From assembly GCA_002684655.1 (NCBI GenBank), contig NYVR01000003.1, positions 22,974 to 86,973 on the forward strand: a stretch of 64,000 nt of DNA, given 5' to 3'. The notes under the pieces were generated by a model. That model searched no databases and had not been told where the DNA came from. It worked only from the letters and a program-made list of their open reading frames with translations. Shown piece by piece: positions 11,746-21,153 of the stretch (positions within the stretch are counted from its first letter, which is position 1; each line of letters starts with the position of its first letter). The DNA is from Planctomycetota bacterium. Lineage in GTDB: Bacteria; Planctomycetota; UBA1135; UBA2386. Both the position numbers and the translations under genes were made by a program.

Positions 11746-12299
11746 GGTCGACCGTCCTTGTCGATGATGTTCTGCCAGACCCCGCGGGCCTTGAGGAGCT
11801 CTTCGATGACGTCCCGAACGGCGCCAAATCCCGCGGATCGATTGGTCACGAACTGCGCTTGCGTGAGCACCTCATCACGCGCCTCTGGGACGGTCGCAGC
11901 AAATCCGACCTGCCGGAGAACCGGCAGATCGAGCAGGTCGTCGCCGACGTAGGCGATGCGTTCTGGAGTCAGGTGCTGCCGCTGCAGGAGTTCTTCGAAT
12001 GCGGCTGCCTTATCAACGCGGCCCAGGATGACCTCTTCAACGCCGAGCTCTTGGGCTCGTCTCCTGACGATCTCGCCGCTTCGTCCAGACAAGAACCCTG
12101 AGCGCCCGCCACTGCGGTGCCAGTAGACGATGCCGGCGGCGTCGTGGACGTGGAACGACTTATATTCGCGACCTTCGAAGTCGAAGTTCACGCGGCCGTC
12201 GGTCAAGACGCCGTCGACGTCGAGCAGCAGGAAATCAATCGCGCACAGAGCCTCGTTTGTCGGGCGAGCGCGGCCGGGTGTTGGTGCAGTAGAACTCAT
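11742..12299 (-). CDS. kdsC: Kdo 8-phosphate phosphatase (HAD family)
   Basis: LLDVDGVLTDG, SFHVHD, YVGDDLLD, GFGAVRDVIE. Confidence 0.93.
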   Translation of the reverse strand: MSSTAPTPGRARPTNEALCAIDFLLLDVDGVLTDGRVNFDFEGREYKSFHVHDAAGIVYWHRSGGRSGFLSGRSGEIVRRRAQELGVEEVILGRVDKAAAFEELLQRQHLTPERIAYVGDDLLDLPVLRQVGFAATVPEARDEVLTQAQFVTNRSAGFGAVRDVIEELLKARGVWQNIIDKDGRP

Positions 12300-13267
12300 C
12301 CGATCTTCAGGTTGAGCAGGTCTTGGACGTCAAGCAGCCCAAGCAGATGACCGTGTTCGTCTACGACGGGGATCTGGTCGATCGCGTGCTGGTGCAGCAG
12401 CGCTAGCGCCTCCAGCGCGAACGTGTCGGGAGCGATCGATCGAGGCTTCGGAGTCATCGAATCTTGAATGCGCCGCTCACGCGGGTTCGACAAGCCCTCT
12501 TCGATCAGTCGCCGCAGGTCACCGTCAGTGAAAAAGCCCACCAGCTTGCCGTCCTTGTCAACGACGCTGGTGGCGCCCGGTCGCCCGGGGGTGCTGGTCA
12601 TCACCTCAACAGCGGTGAGCACGGTAGCGTCGTCCTGGACGCGCGGGTTTCTCTCGCCAGTTCGCATCAACTCTCCGACCTTCATCAGCTTGCGGCCCAG
12701 GTCTCCGCCGGGGTGAAAGCGTGCGAAGTCTTCCGGGCCGAAGTCGCGTCCTTCTTGGACGACCAGCGCCAAGGCATCGCCGAGGGCTAGCATGGCGGTC
12801 GTCGACGCGCTTGGCGCGAGCCCATGGGGACCCGCTTCATCGATGTGCCCAAGCTCGAGCACGAGGTCGCTGTGCCGACCTAGCGTCGAGCCGTGATCTT
12901 GCGTGATCGCGACGAGGGACGCGCCGCACGACTTGACGTGCGGCAGCATGACCAAAAGCTCCTCGGTTTCTCCGGACTTGGAGAAGGCTAGGAGCATGTC
13001 TCCCGCGTCCACACGACCTAAGTCACCGTGGATCGCCTCAGCGGGGTGGAGAAAAATGGACGGGGTGCCGGTCGACGCGAGGGTCGCGGAGACCTTCTGC
13101 GCGATGAAGCCCGCCTTGCCCATCCCCGTCGTGACGACGCGACCGCTCAGACCGAGGATCATGTCCAGGGCCTTTAGGAAGGGTTCACCAAGCCCGTCCG
13201 CCACCTGGCGAACCGCGGCAGCTTCGCACTCGACGATCTGCCGGGCGCGTTCGATCCTTGCGTCCAT
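12296..13267 (-). CDS. kdsD: Arabinose 5-phosphate isomerase (KpsF/GutQ, SIS plus CBS domains)
   Basis: TGMGKAG, ASTGTP, HPAEAIHGDLG, FHPGGDLG, FTDGDLRR. Confidence 0.95.
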   Translation of the reverse strand: MDARIERARQIVECEAAAVRQVADGLGEPFLKALDMILGLSGRVVTTGMGKAGFIAQKVSATLASTGTPSIFLHPAEAIHGDLGRVDAGDMLLAFSKSGETEELLVMLPHVKSCGASLVAITQDHGSTLGRHSDLVLELGHIDEAGPHGLAPSASTTAMLALGDALALVVQEGRDFGPEDFARFHPGGDLGRKLMKVGELMRTGERNPRVQDDATVLTAVEVMTSTPGRPGATSVVDKDGKLVGFFTDGDLRRLIEEGLSNPRERRIQDSMTPKPRSIAPDTFALEALALLHQHAIDQIPVVDEHGHLLGLLDVQDLLNLKIG

Positions 13268-13338
13268 CAGACACCAGAGATTACCAGGAGACGTAGCGAA
13301 CTCCGCTGACGAACTGGGCTAGCCGAAGCTCTGTGCGG

Positions 13339-14130
13339 TCAATCGACCGACGTCGAGGTGGAGCGCTCCCAGGCCTTCGTCAGGGTCTCGGTCTCGGCAT
13401 CTAGGAACGGCGCCTCGTCGACGTAGCAGAATCTTCCCCAATACTCGGAAGCGCCCATCGGGCTCGGAAAATGCGGCGCCGGCGTCTCGGCGGTCCGGGG
13501 TATCGACCAGGTGGCTTCGGGGGTTGCGATGACGTTCCAGGCAGCCGTCCTGCGCGCGTCGGCGAGGCGGATCAAGGCCTTCGCCCTGGCTGCCGCCGGC
13601 CCTCGAACGCCCATGACGCAGCAGGGCAAGATTTTGACCACCAGCTCGCAGGAGGTGGGCACGTCGATCACGCTTTTGCGGAGCGGTCGCTCATCGATCG
13701 ACGAGAGAAACGGCAGCTGTTCGTTGATTAGGTGCGCGTGGGCGCGCGGGATCGTCGCCGCGGCGCCGACGTTGTTCACCAAGGCGGTGCCGCCGCTGCG
13801 ATCGACCCAGTCAAAAAGGGCGCGCCAAAAGGTCTCGTCTGGCTCGCGCGCGGGACGCGCCATCCACAGGATCCGCTGATCCTGAGCGAACGGAAACTTG
13901 TTCGGCGTCAACGCGAGCGTCTCGCAACGCCAGTAGGACTCTTCGTCGATGATACGCTGTGCAGGAGCGCGGATGAACGGCTGCTGCTCGCCGTGGTCGT
14001 AGCCATGCCGGTTGCGTCGATGCGGTAAGAGCGCCAACTCAACAGGGGCGCCGAACACCGTCAGCAGCCGCTCCATGGTCGGGCGGAAGGGCGTTAGGTT
14101 GTCAGGCAGCGTCGTGGGCAGCTCAGGCAT
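13339..14130 (-). CDS. HIT-superfamily (Ap4A phosphorylase/GDP-hexose phosphorylase-like) protein
   Basis: LTPNKFPF and NNVGAAATIPRAHAH resemble the NKFP and NxxxAGASxxHxHxQ motifs; start ATG 14130 avoids overlap with fmt. Confidence 0.5.
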   Translation of the reverse strand: MPELPTTLPDNLTPFRPTMERLLTVFGAPVELALLPHRRNRHGYDHGEQQPFIRAPAQRIIDEESYWRCETLALTPNKFPFAQDQRILWMARPAREPDETFWRALFDWVDRSGGTALVNNVGAAATIPRAHAHLINEQLPFLSSIDERPLRKSVIDVPTSCELVVKILPCCVMGVRGPAAARAKALIRLADARRTAAWNVIATPEATWSIPRTAETPAPHFPSPMGASEYWGRFCYVDEAPFLDAETETLTKAWERSTSTSVD

Positions 14131-14266
14131 ACCTTGACCGATGTAATCGACACCGCCACGACGCTCAACCTTGCAGCGATATGGCCATTTGCCCTCGCTA
14201 CGCTTCGCGGCTAACGTACGAACGTCTGCTGCACACGCTGCAGCGACGTCTTTCACGGCTAGAACC

Positions 14267-15199
14267 TTGCGAATCGTATTTTTTGGCACCGGTGACTTCG
14301 CGATCCCTTCGCTGAAGGCTTTGCAAGAGAACGGGTTGTCACCTGAACTCGTCGTAACCAAGCCGGACGCTCCCCGCGGCCGCGGCCGCAAGATCTATGA
14401 CGCTGAGGTGAAGCTCGCTGCGCAGGACCTAGATTTGCCGTGCGCACAGCCTGCGGATCCGCGCGGCGATGAGTTCCTTGAGCAACTACGGGCGCTCAAG
14501 CCAGACGTTGGCGTGGTGATCAGCTACGGCGTGATCTTGACCTCAGAGATGTTGGCTGCCCCAAAGCACGGCATGATCAACGCTCACGCGTCTCTGCTAC
14601 CGCTGTACCGGGGCGCGGCGCCGATCCAGCGATGTATCCGCGACGGCCATAAAGAGACCGGGATCACGGTCATGAAGATCACCGAAGAGCTCGACGCTGG
14701 CGACGTGATGTTGGTCGAGAGGACCGAGATCGGCTCTACAGAGAACGCGGGCCAACTGCGCGTCCGGTTGGCTGAGCTCTCCGGCAAGGCGTTGGTGTCC
14801 GCGGTTCGTCAGCTCGATCAAGGTGAGGCAAGCTTCACGCCCCAAGACCACTCCAGGGCTACCTTCGCGCCAAAGGTGGAGAAGGAGCACGGCGTCATCG
14901 ATTGGACGCTCCCGGCGATTGAGGTCGATTTGCTGGTGCGTTCGATGACTCCAAAGCCCGGCGCGCAGACTCGCCTGGGGAACAAGCGCTTCATCGTGAT
15001 GGAAGGCACTGTCGAGCAAGACCTCTACGGGATGGGCATCCCCGGCGCGCTCCAGTCGGCCGGCGAGGAGGGCATCAGGGTCTGCACGGGTAAAGACCTC
15101 TACCGGATCACGCGCATCAAGCCCGACAACGGTCGCAACATGACCGCGGGAGAGTTCGTGCGTGGTCACCAGATCGCGCCGGACGCGCGATTTGGCTGA
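14267..15199 (+). CDS. fmt: Methionyl-tRNA formyltransferase
   Basis: RIVFFGTGDFA, VVTKPDAPRGRG, INAHASLLPLYRGAAPIQR, LDAGD; TTG start. Confidence 0.96.
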   Translation: MRIVFFGTGDFAIPSLKALQENGLSPELVVTKPDAPRGRGRKIYDAEVKLAAQDLDLPCAQPADPRGDEFLEQLRALKPDVGVVISYGVILTSEMLAAPKHGMINAHASLLPLYRGAAPIQRCIRDGHKETGITVMKITEELDAGDVMLVERTEIGSTENAGQLRVRLAELSGKALVSAVRQLDQGEASFTPQDHSRATFAPKVEKEHGVIDWTLPAIEVDLLVRSMTPKPGAQTRLGNKRFIVMEGTVEQDLYGMGIPGALQSAGEEGIRVCTGKDLYRITRIKPDNGRNMTAGEFVRGHQIAPDARFG

Positions 15200-15205
15200 G
15201 CTGCT

Positions 15206-16507
15206 TTGGTAGGAGCCAGGGGCTTAGCGCAGCGCGCGCTCGTGGCGCTGCATAAAGATAGCAGCCGGCGTCTGCGCGCAGCGTTAGAGGGGCGCGGCGT
15301 TGAAGGCCGCGAGTTCGCGCTCGCGTATGAGTTGGCGCACGGGGTCGCGAGGCGCGAGCGCCTGCTCGATCATGTCTTGGCGGGGGTAGCCCATCGCGGT
15401 CTACCAAAAGACCCCGAGCTCCTCGTCGCGCTGCGCTTAGGCGCGTATCAACTGATCTTCACGTCGGGCGTGCCGGCGCATGCAGCTGTCCATGAGACGG
15501 TCGCGCTGGTTCGACATAACAAAGGCTTTTGCAACGCCGTCTTGAGGCGGATCGCTGGGATGATCCGTGAACGACCCGCTGACCCCTCGCAACCGCGACA
15601 CCAGCTGCCCATGGGAGCAAATCGCTCCTTCGAGCTTCCGTCACCGCTCTCAGGAGACGTCGTCGAACAACTCGCGGTGCTGCACTCGCTGCCCGATTGG
15701 CTGGCGCGGCGAGTCAACGACCAGCACGGCTCGGACGCGCTTGCGCAGCTCGCGTCTGCGGCGAGCGCGACTCCGCCGGTTCACCTCCGCAGCAGGGTCT
15801 CAGTAGACGATCTTGTCGCGAGTTTGCAGGCGGAGGATGTCGAAGTCGAGCGCGTCGGAGATGGGCCGCTGCTGCGTTGGCGCGGAGGCGCCTCACCGTT
15901 CGGCGTCAGCGCCTTTCATGAAGGCGCCTTTGTCGCGCAAGACCCGACGGCTGCGTCGGCTGCGGCGGCGCTGCCGTGCCGCGCTGGCGACACCGTGATC
16001 GATCTCTGCGCTGCGCCGGGCACCAAGACCGCCGTCCTCGCCGGGCTAGTCGGCGAGCGAGGCAAGGTCTTCGCCAGTGACCCTGACGACGTCCGCCGCG
16101 CACGGATCGCTGAGAATGTGTCGCGTCTCCGGCTTGAACGGGTCGTCGAGGTCGTCGACGACGAGGCGATGCTCAAACCAGCGGATGGGGTGCTCGCGGA
16201 TGTTCCTTGTTCGAACACCGGTGTGTTGGGCAGGCGCGTTGAAGTGCGCCGTCGGCTCACCCCTGAAGACTTCGCCGCGCTCGCCGGCTTACAGCGCCAG
16301 ATCCTCGATCGCGCGATCTCGTTGACTCGCGTTGGCGGCTACTTGGTCTACTCGACCTGCTCGGTCGATCGAGACGAAAACGAAGATGTGGTTGCGTCTG
16401 CGCTGGTCGCGCACTCTGACCTCGAACTGATCAAACAGCGTTTGACTATGCCGATGCAGGGTCAATGTGACGGCGGTTTCTATGCGCTGATGCGTCGCGT
16501 CAGCTGA
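15206..16507 (+). CDS. rsmB: 16S rRNA m5C967 methyltransferase RsmB (NusB-like N-domain)
   Basis: LRLGAYQL, DLCAAPGTKT, DVPCSNTG, YSTCS; directly follows fmt. Confidence 0.9.
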   Translation: MVGARGLAQRALVALHKDSSRRLRAALEGRGVEGREFALAYELAHGVARRERLLDHVLAGVAHRGLPKDPELLVALRLGAYQLIFTSGVPAHAAVHETVALVRHNKGFCNAVLRRIAGMIRERPADPSQPRHQLPMGANRSFELPSPLSGDVVEQLAVLHSLPDWLARRVNDQHGSDALAQLASAASATPPVHLRSRVSVDDLVASLQAEDVEVERVGDGPLLRWRGGASPFGVSAFHEGAFVAQDPTAASAAAALPCRAGDTVIDLCAAPGTKTAVLAGLVGERGKVFASDPDDVRRARIAENVSRLRLERVVEVVDDEAMLKPADGVLADVPCSNTGVLGRRVEVRRRLTPEDFAALAGLQRQILDRAISLTRVGGYLVYSTCSVDRDENEDVVASALVAHSDLELIKQRLTMPMQGQCDGGFYALMRRVS

Positions 16508-16564
16508 GCAGCCGCGCGGTCGGGGTGTGGTCGGGCGCCGAGATCGGATAGAACGTCATGTCCT

Positions 16565-17134
16565 ATGGCACCGCGAACACCCCGTCGCCGCGCCGGCTCG
16601 TCTCGCCGCCGCGCATCTTCCGCCTCGAGCAACAACCAGATGCCGATGATCGTCGGGGGCGTCGCCGCGCTCGGATTGCTAGTGGCAGTCGTCGCGTTTA
16701 GCCGGCCGTCTGCTACCGGCGGGGAAGCGGAAAAGACCCAGCAATCGCCGCGCTCGCAGACGTCGCCGACGATTTCACGGACGCCGGTTAAGGTGGGCCC
16801 GGGCCGCGCCGGTAAGACCCCTGGCCGTCCTGCCCCGACCCTCACGACGCAGATGCTCCAGCAAGCAAACGCGCTGGTAGAAGAGGCGAAGGCGCTGAAC
16901 AACGACGGCACCAGGCTGAGAAATGCCGGAGACAACCGCGCCGCGCGCGCGAAGCAGTCCGAGGCCAAGCGAAAGATCGATGCAGCGATCTTGGTGATCG
17001 AGGCGCCGGCAGATTGGCAAGAAGAGGCCGATCTTGAAGGGTGGGCGATGCCTCCGGAGTACGTGTCTTTGGAGCACCTCTTCGGGCGCATCGCCAAGCT
17101 CCAGAAACGCATCCGCATGGGCGGCGGCAAGTGA
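16565..17134 (+). CDS. Hypothetical single-TM protein
   Basis: Arg-rich N-terminus, one TM helix, helical C-domain; fills the gap in the + strand operon. Confidence 0.7.
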   Translation: MAPRTPRRRAGSSRRRASSASSNNQMPMIVGGVAALGLLVAVVAFSRPSATGGEAEKTQQSPRSQTSPTISRTPVKVGPGRAGKTPGRPAPTLTTQMLQQANALVEEAKALNNDGTRLRNAGDNRAARAKQSEAKRKIDAAILVIEAPADWQEEADLEGWAMPPEYVSLEHLFGRIAKLQKRIRMGGGK

Positions 17135-17150
17135 GCCGAAGCTGAACGTT

Positions 17151-17981
17151 ATGTTGCTTGGCTACCACACCAACAGCTTGCAAAACCACCGGCTCGAAGA
17201 GGGTCTGCAGCTGCTATCGGAGTACGGTTACCGCGCGGTCGCGATCACCCCGGATACGTGCCATCTAGACCCGGCGCAAACCGAAGATGACGTGCTCGAC
17301 CAGCTGCGCAGTCGCCTCGTCGAACTGCGGTTGCATCCTGTCATGGAGACAGGCGCCCGCTATCTGCTGGATCCGGCGGTCAAGCACGAACCGACGCTGA
17401 TGACGGCCGATGCCGCTGGTGTAGAGCGACGAGTCGCGTTCTACAGGCGGGTAGCCGAGATGGGTCAAAGGTTGGGCGCCGAGGTCGTGTCCTTTTGGGC
17501 GGGCGTCGACCGCACCTCGCGCGACGACACGTGGTCGCGCTTGGTCCAGGGCGTCGCGGCGGCTTGCGCGGCGATCCGCGAGCATGGGCTGCGTCCTTCG
17601 TTTGAACCTGAGCCAGGTATGGCCGTCGAGACCCTCGGACAATACGAACGGCTGCGTGACGAACTCGGCGACGAGGCGCCAGCGCTCACGTTGGATGTTG
17701 GCCACCTCTACGCGGCGTGGGAGGGTGATCCAGCTGACGTGATTGCGCGCGCCGCGCCACACCTCGCTCAAGTGCATCTCGAAGATCACCGCCGCGGCGT
17801 CCACGAGCACCTCTTGCCGGGTGAGGGAGAGGTCGACTTCAGCGGCATCCTGGCCGCGCTTCGGCAGGCAGCTTATGCCGGCCCAGTTTGCTGGGAGATG
17901 TCACGCCACAGCCACTGCGCGCCAGACGCGGTCCGCCGTTGCCGCGAAGCGTGGGTCCAGAGCGGCGGCGATGCTAGGTGA
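17151..17981 (+). CDS. Sugar phosphate isomerase/epimerase (xylose-isomerase-like TIM barrel)
   Basis: ETGARYLLDP, FEPEPG, LTLDVGH, VHLED, HEHLLPGEG, WEMSRH. Confidence 0.88.
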   Translation: MLLGYHTNSLQNHRLEEGLQLLSEYGYRAVAITPDTCHLDPAQTEDDVLDQLRSRLVELRLHPVMETGARYLLDPAVKHEPTLMTADAAGVERRVAFYRRVAEMGQRLGAEVVSFWAGVDRTSRDDTWSRLVQGVAAACAAIREHGLRPSFEPEPGMAVETLGQYERLRDELGDEAPALTLDVGHLYAAWEGDPADVIARAAPHLAQVHLEDHRRGVHEHLLPGEGEVDFSGILAALRQAAYAGPVCWEMSRHSHCAPDAVRRCREAWVQSGGDAR

Positions 17982-18020
17982 GGGCCCCGACAGCGCGGAC
18001 GCCCTCACGAGGTAAGCCAG

Positions 18021-18383
18021 TCAGTCCTCGTAGATCGTCATCAGCTCCCGCAGGGCAGCCTCAGCCTCGAGGTAGTGTTCGGTCAAGTGCGGCGTCAAGC
18101 GGCGAGAACGGTCCAGCTCGTGGTTCCTCGTGGTCGCCTGCAGCCGCTCGCAGATGTCCTGGACGGCCCGTGCGCCCAGGTGTCCGGATGAACCCTTCAG
18201 CGAGTGCGCCGCCCGCTCGGCTTTGTCGAAGTCCCCCTTATCCAGCGCTTCTTCAATGGTGCTTACCTTCGACGGGCTGTCGTCCAGGAACATCCGGATC
18301 AGGTCGAGCAGCAGCTCAGGGTCACCTTCTTCGGTGATCGAGAGCAGCTCTTCCAATACCGCTTGGTCCAAGACGTCTTTCAT
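18021..18383 (-). CDS. Stand-alone Hpt phosphotransfer protein
   Basis: AAHSLKGSSGHLGA Hpt signature. Confidence 0.92.
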   Translation of the reverse strand: MKDVLDQAVLEELLSITEEGDPELLLDLIRMFLDDSPSKVSTIEEALDKGDFDKAERAAHSLKGSSGHLGARAVQDICERLQATTRNHELDRSRRLTPHLTEHYLEAEAALRELMTIYED

Positions 18384-18475
18384 CGGGCTTCACCGGCTGG
18401 ATCGGCTCACCGAGAGCGGTACTTGATCTTGTAACGAGACTCCCGCGACGTCGCCTTATTATGGGCGGTTGCTTG

Positions 18476-19702
18476 CTACGGCTTGCCGCTCGCAGCGGCG
18501 CGCACTTCGTCGTCTGTTAACAGCCGTTTGCTGGACTTGCCGGCGTCGAGGACTCGCGCCACGACCTCGTCTGTAGGCTCGATCCCCATCCGCTCGAGGA
18601 CGAAGGCGGCGTTAGATCGCCCAGCCATGGGGCCGACAGCGATCCGCTGCTCCAAGCCGACCATGTGTGCAGGGACGCCAGAGTAGACTGAGTCTGCCAG
18701 CTCGGTGTCGCCCTTGCGGAACGCTTTGATGACCGCAGCAGCGTGAACGCCGGTGCCGGTCTCGAAAGCGTCCTTGCCGAGCACGGGATAGTTATGCGGG
18801 ACCTCTACTTCGAGCGCCTTGGCGGCGGCCTCGACGTATCCGGGCAATGTCGTCAGGTCGTTGTCGATCCACCCCAGCAGACGACAATTCACCAAGAGCT
18901 GATCCATCGGCGCGTTGCCGGCGCGCTCGCCGACGCCGAGCGCGGTGCCGTGTATGCGATCAGCGCCCGCCTCGATCGCCGCGAGGCAGTTCGCGATGCC
19001 GAGGTCTCGATCGCGGTGTCCGTGCCAGTCGACGCCGATTGACTCGTCGTGCTCGTCGGCGAGGTCACGCACAAACTTGACGACGGCTGCGGCGCCTGGA
19101 GGGGTGGCGTGACCCACAGTGTCGCAGACGCACAGCCGCTTCGCCCCGAGTTCGATCGCTGTAGAGTAGAGCGCCCGCACGGTGTCGGGCATGGCGCGCG
19201 TCGTGTCCTCGGTCACATACATCACGGGCAGCTGGTGGTCGCGCGCGAACGCCAACGCGTCGCGAGTGTTCTTCAGCATGCGATCGAGCGTCCAATCCTC
19301 AGCGTATTGGCGGATGTAGCTGCTGCCGATGAACGCGCAGACCTCGATAGGGATGCCTGCCTTCTGCGTCATCTCGACGACGGGCTCGATGTCACTGACA
19401 ACCGTACGACAGGCAACGTTGACGCCGATGTTGAGGCCGTTGTCGGCGATGTGTCGCGCGAGCCTCAGGATATCTTCGCGAGGGCGTCCGCCTGCGCCGG
19501 GGAGTCCGACGTTGGCGGTGTGGATCCCCAGCTTGTCCATTCGCTCGATCAGATCGATTTTGAGGTCGAGCGTGGGGTCGCTTACGGCCGGTGACTGCAG
19601 GCCGTCGCGTAAGGTTTCGTCGTCGAACTGGAGCGGACGAGCGGGCTTGTAGCTGCCGTCCGTCTGGTTCCAGTCGTGGATGAGCTCCGCGATGCGTTCC
19701 AT
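18476..19702 (-). CDS. LeuA-family (DRE-TIM) 2-isopropylmalate/homocitrate-type synthase lacking the regulatory domain
   Basis: DETLRDGLQ, EDTTRA, CDTVG, HGHRD, GVGERAGN, GVHAAA; about 408 aa. Confidence 0.88.
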   Translation of the reverse strand: MERIAELIHDWNQTDGSYKPARPLQFDDETLRDGLQSPAVSDPTLDLKIDLIERMDKLGIHTANVGLPGAGGRPREDILRLARHIADNGLNIGVNVACRTVVSDIEPVVEMTQKAGIPIEVCAFIGSSYIRQYAEDWTLDRMLKNTRDALAFARDHQLPVMYVTEDTTRAMPDTVRALYSTAIELGAKRLCVCDTVGHATPPGAAAVVKFVRDLADEHDESIGVDWHGHRDRDLGIANCLAAIEAGADRIHGTALGVGERAGNAPMDQLLVNCRLLGWIDNDLTTLPGYVEAAAKALEVEVPHNYPVLGKDAFETGTGVHAAAVIKAFRKGDTELADSVYSGVPAHMVGLEQRIAVGPMAGRSNAAFVLERMGIEPTDEVVARVLDAGKSSKRLLTDDEVRAAASGKP

Positions 19703-19839
19703 GGGCCGCGCATTATGCCGCATGAGGGCGTTATCAAAGCCCTGAACCTGGACAGGATTAGGATGTGGTCCGCTGGGCCGTGCGCCGCCCGAGCGTCGCG
19801 CCGCTGGTAGACCGCGTCGATCCGTTGCATGATCCCCTC

Positions 19840-21153
19840 GTGATCGTCATGAAGTTCGGCGGCACCTCCGTGGGAGGGGCACCTGCCATCCAGCAGGCTG
19901 TCGAGATCGTGCGGTCGCATGCGCTGCAATCGCCGGTCGTCGTGGTCTCTGCGCTCGCGGGGGTGACGGACACGTTGCTGGGGTTGGCTGCGGACCCGGT
20001 CGGCCGCATCGCTGACGTCGACGCGCTCGCGGCCCGCCACCGTGAGGTCCTCGGCAGCTTGCAGCTGGACGGGCGCTTGCTGGACCCCGTGCTCGGGGAG
20101 CTGGGTGAGCGCTTGCGTGGCGTTCGGCTCACCGGGGAAGCGACGCTCCAGGAGATCGACGCGGTTGCCAGTTACGGCGAGCGCTTGAGCGCGCGAGTCG
20201 TCGCGGCTGCGCTGTCGGCGGCAGGCGTCGAAGCTACGGCGATCGACGCGTCCGACGCAGGGTTGCGAACCGACAGCAAGTTCGGCAGGGCTAGGCCTGT
20301 GCCAGACGACGGGCGCATTCGGCGACACTTGACCAGCGCGGCCGGCGTCCCGGTCGTCACGGGCTTCTTTGGCGCGGATGAGGACGGCAACATCACCACG
20401 CTAGGCCGTCACGGGAGCGACTTCTCAGCTGCCTTGATCGGCGCTGCTGTGTCCGCTGAAGAGGTGCAGATCTGGACCGACGTAGCCGGCGTGCACACGG
20501 CGGATCCGCGAATCGTGCGCAACGCTCGGCCCATTCCGAGGATGAGCTTCGCGGACGTCGCTGACCTGGGCGCCTTCGGTAGCAGGGTGTTGCACCCCGC
20601 CGCGATGGCGCCGCTCCGCATGAAACAGATCCCGCTCCGCGTCCGCAGCACCCGCTCGCCGAGCGCAGAGGGCACGCTCGTGCAGGAGCGGGTTGAAGGT
20701 CGCGGTAAGGCCGTTCGGGCGATCGCTCACCGCGACAACGTCGCGTTGATCACCGTGCGGTCTCAGCGGCTCGTGCCGCAGCACACCTTCTTAAGTGACG
20801 TTTTTCGAGCGCTGGACGCCGTGGGGTGCGAGGCAGGTCCCGTCGCCGTCGGAGAGGCGGCCGTCACGGTGGCGGTCGAGGACGCTCACGTCGACGCGGT
20901 TGTCGAGATGCTCGGAAAGTATGGTGAGGTCGACGCGACCGTAGGCCGCGCTGTCGTCGGTCTCATCGGCGACGTCGCGCTCGAAGGCCTAGGCGGTATC
21001 AGCGGAGTCTTGGACGCGCTCAGGCGTTCGGGGATACCGGCGGATTTCTCAGGTCTCGTGACTATGGGGAGCGGCGTGACGCTATCGGTTCCGGCGGATC
21101 AGCTCGTCGCGACAGTCGAGTTCTTGCACGCCGCGTGTTCTCTCGAAGATTGA
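19840..21153 (+). CDS. lysC: Aspartate kinase
   Basis: VMKFGGTSV, VVVSA, SYGERLS, TTLGRHGSDFSA, WTDVAGVHTADPR, ACT-like C-terminus; start approximate. Confidence 0.92.
   Translation: MIVMKFGGTSVGGAPAIQQAVEIVRSHALQSPVVVVSALAGVTDTLLGLAADPVGRIADVDALAARHREVLGSLQLDGRLLDPVLGELGERLRGVRLTGEATLQEIDAVASYGERLSARVVAAALSAAGVEATAIDASDAGLRTDSKFGRARPVPDDGRIRRHLTSAAGVPVVTGFFGADEDGNITTLGRHGSDFSAALIGAAVSAEEVQIWTDVAGVHTADPRIVRNARPIPRMSFADVADLGAFGSRVLHPAAMAPLRMKQIPLRVRSTRSPSAEGTLVQERVEGRGKAVRAIAHRDNVALITVRSQRLVPQHTFLSDVFRALDAVGCEAGPVAVGEAAVTVAVEDAHVDAVVEMLGKYGEVDATVGRAVVGLIGDVALEGLGGISGVLDALRRSGIPADFSGLVTMGSGVTLSVPADQLVATVEFLHAACSLED

Noticed and set aside
14131..14391. Apparent overlap of extended fmt and HIT-like ORFs
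   Set aside because: Artefact of longest-ORF start calling; realistic starts at 14130 (-) and 14267 (+) leave a divergent promoter gap.
17151..17981. TIM-barrel isomerase suggesting an ebo-like cluster
   Set aside because: No companion UbiA, TatD, alkaline phosphatase or cyclitol synthase genes nearby.
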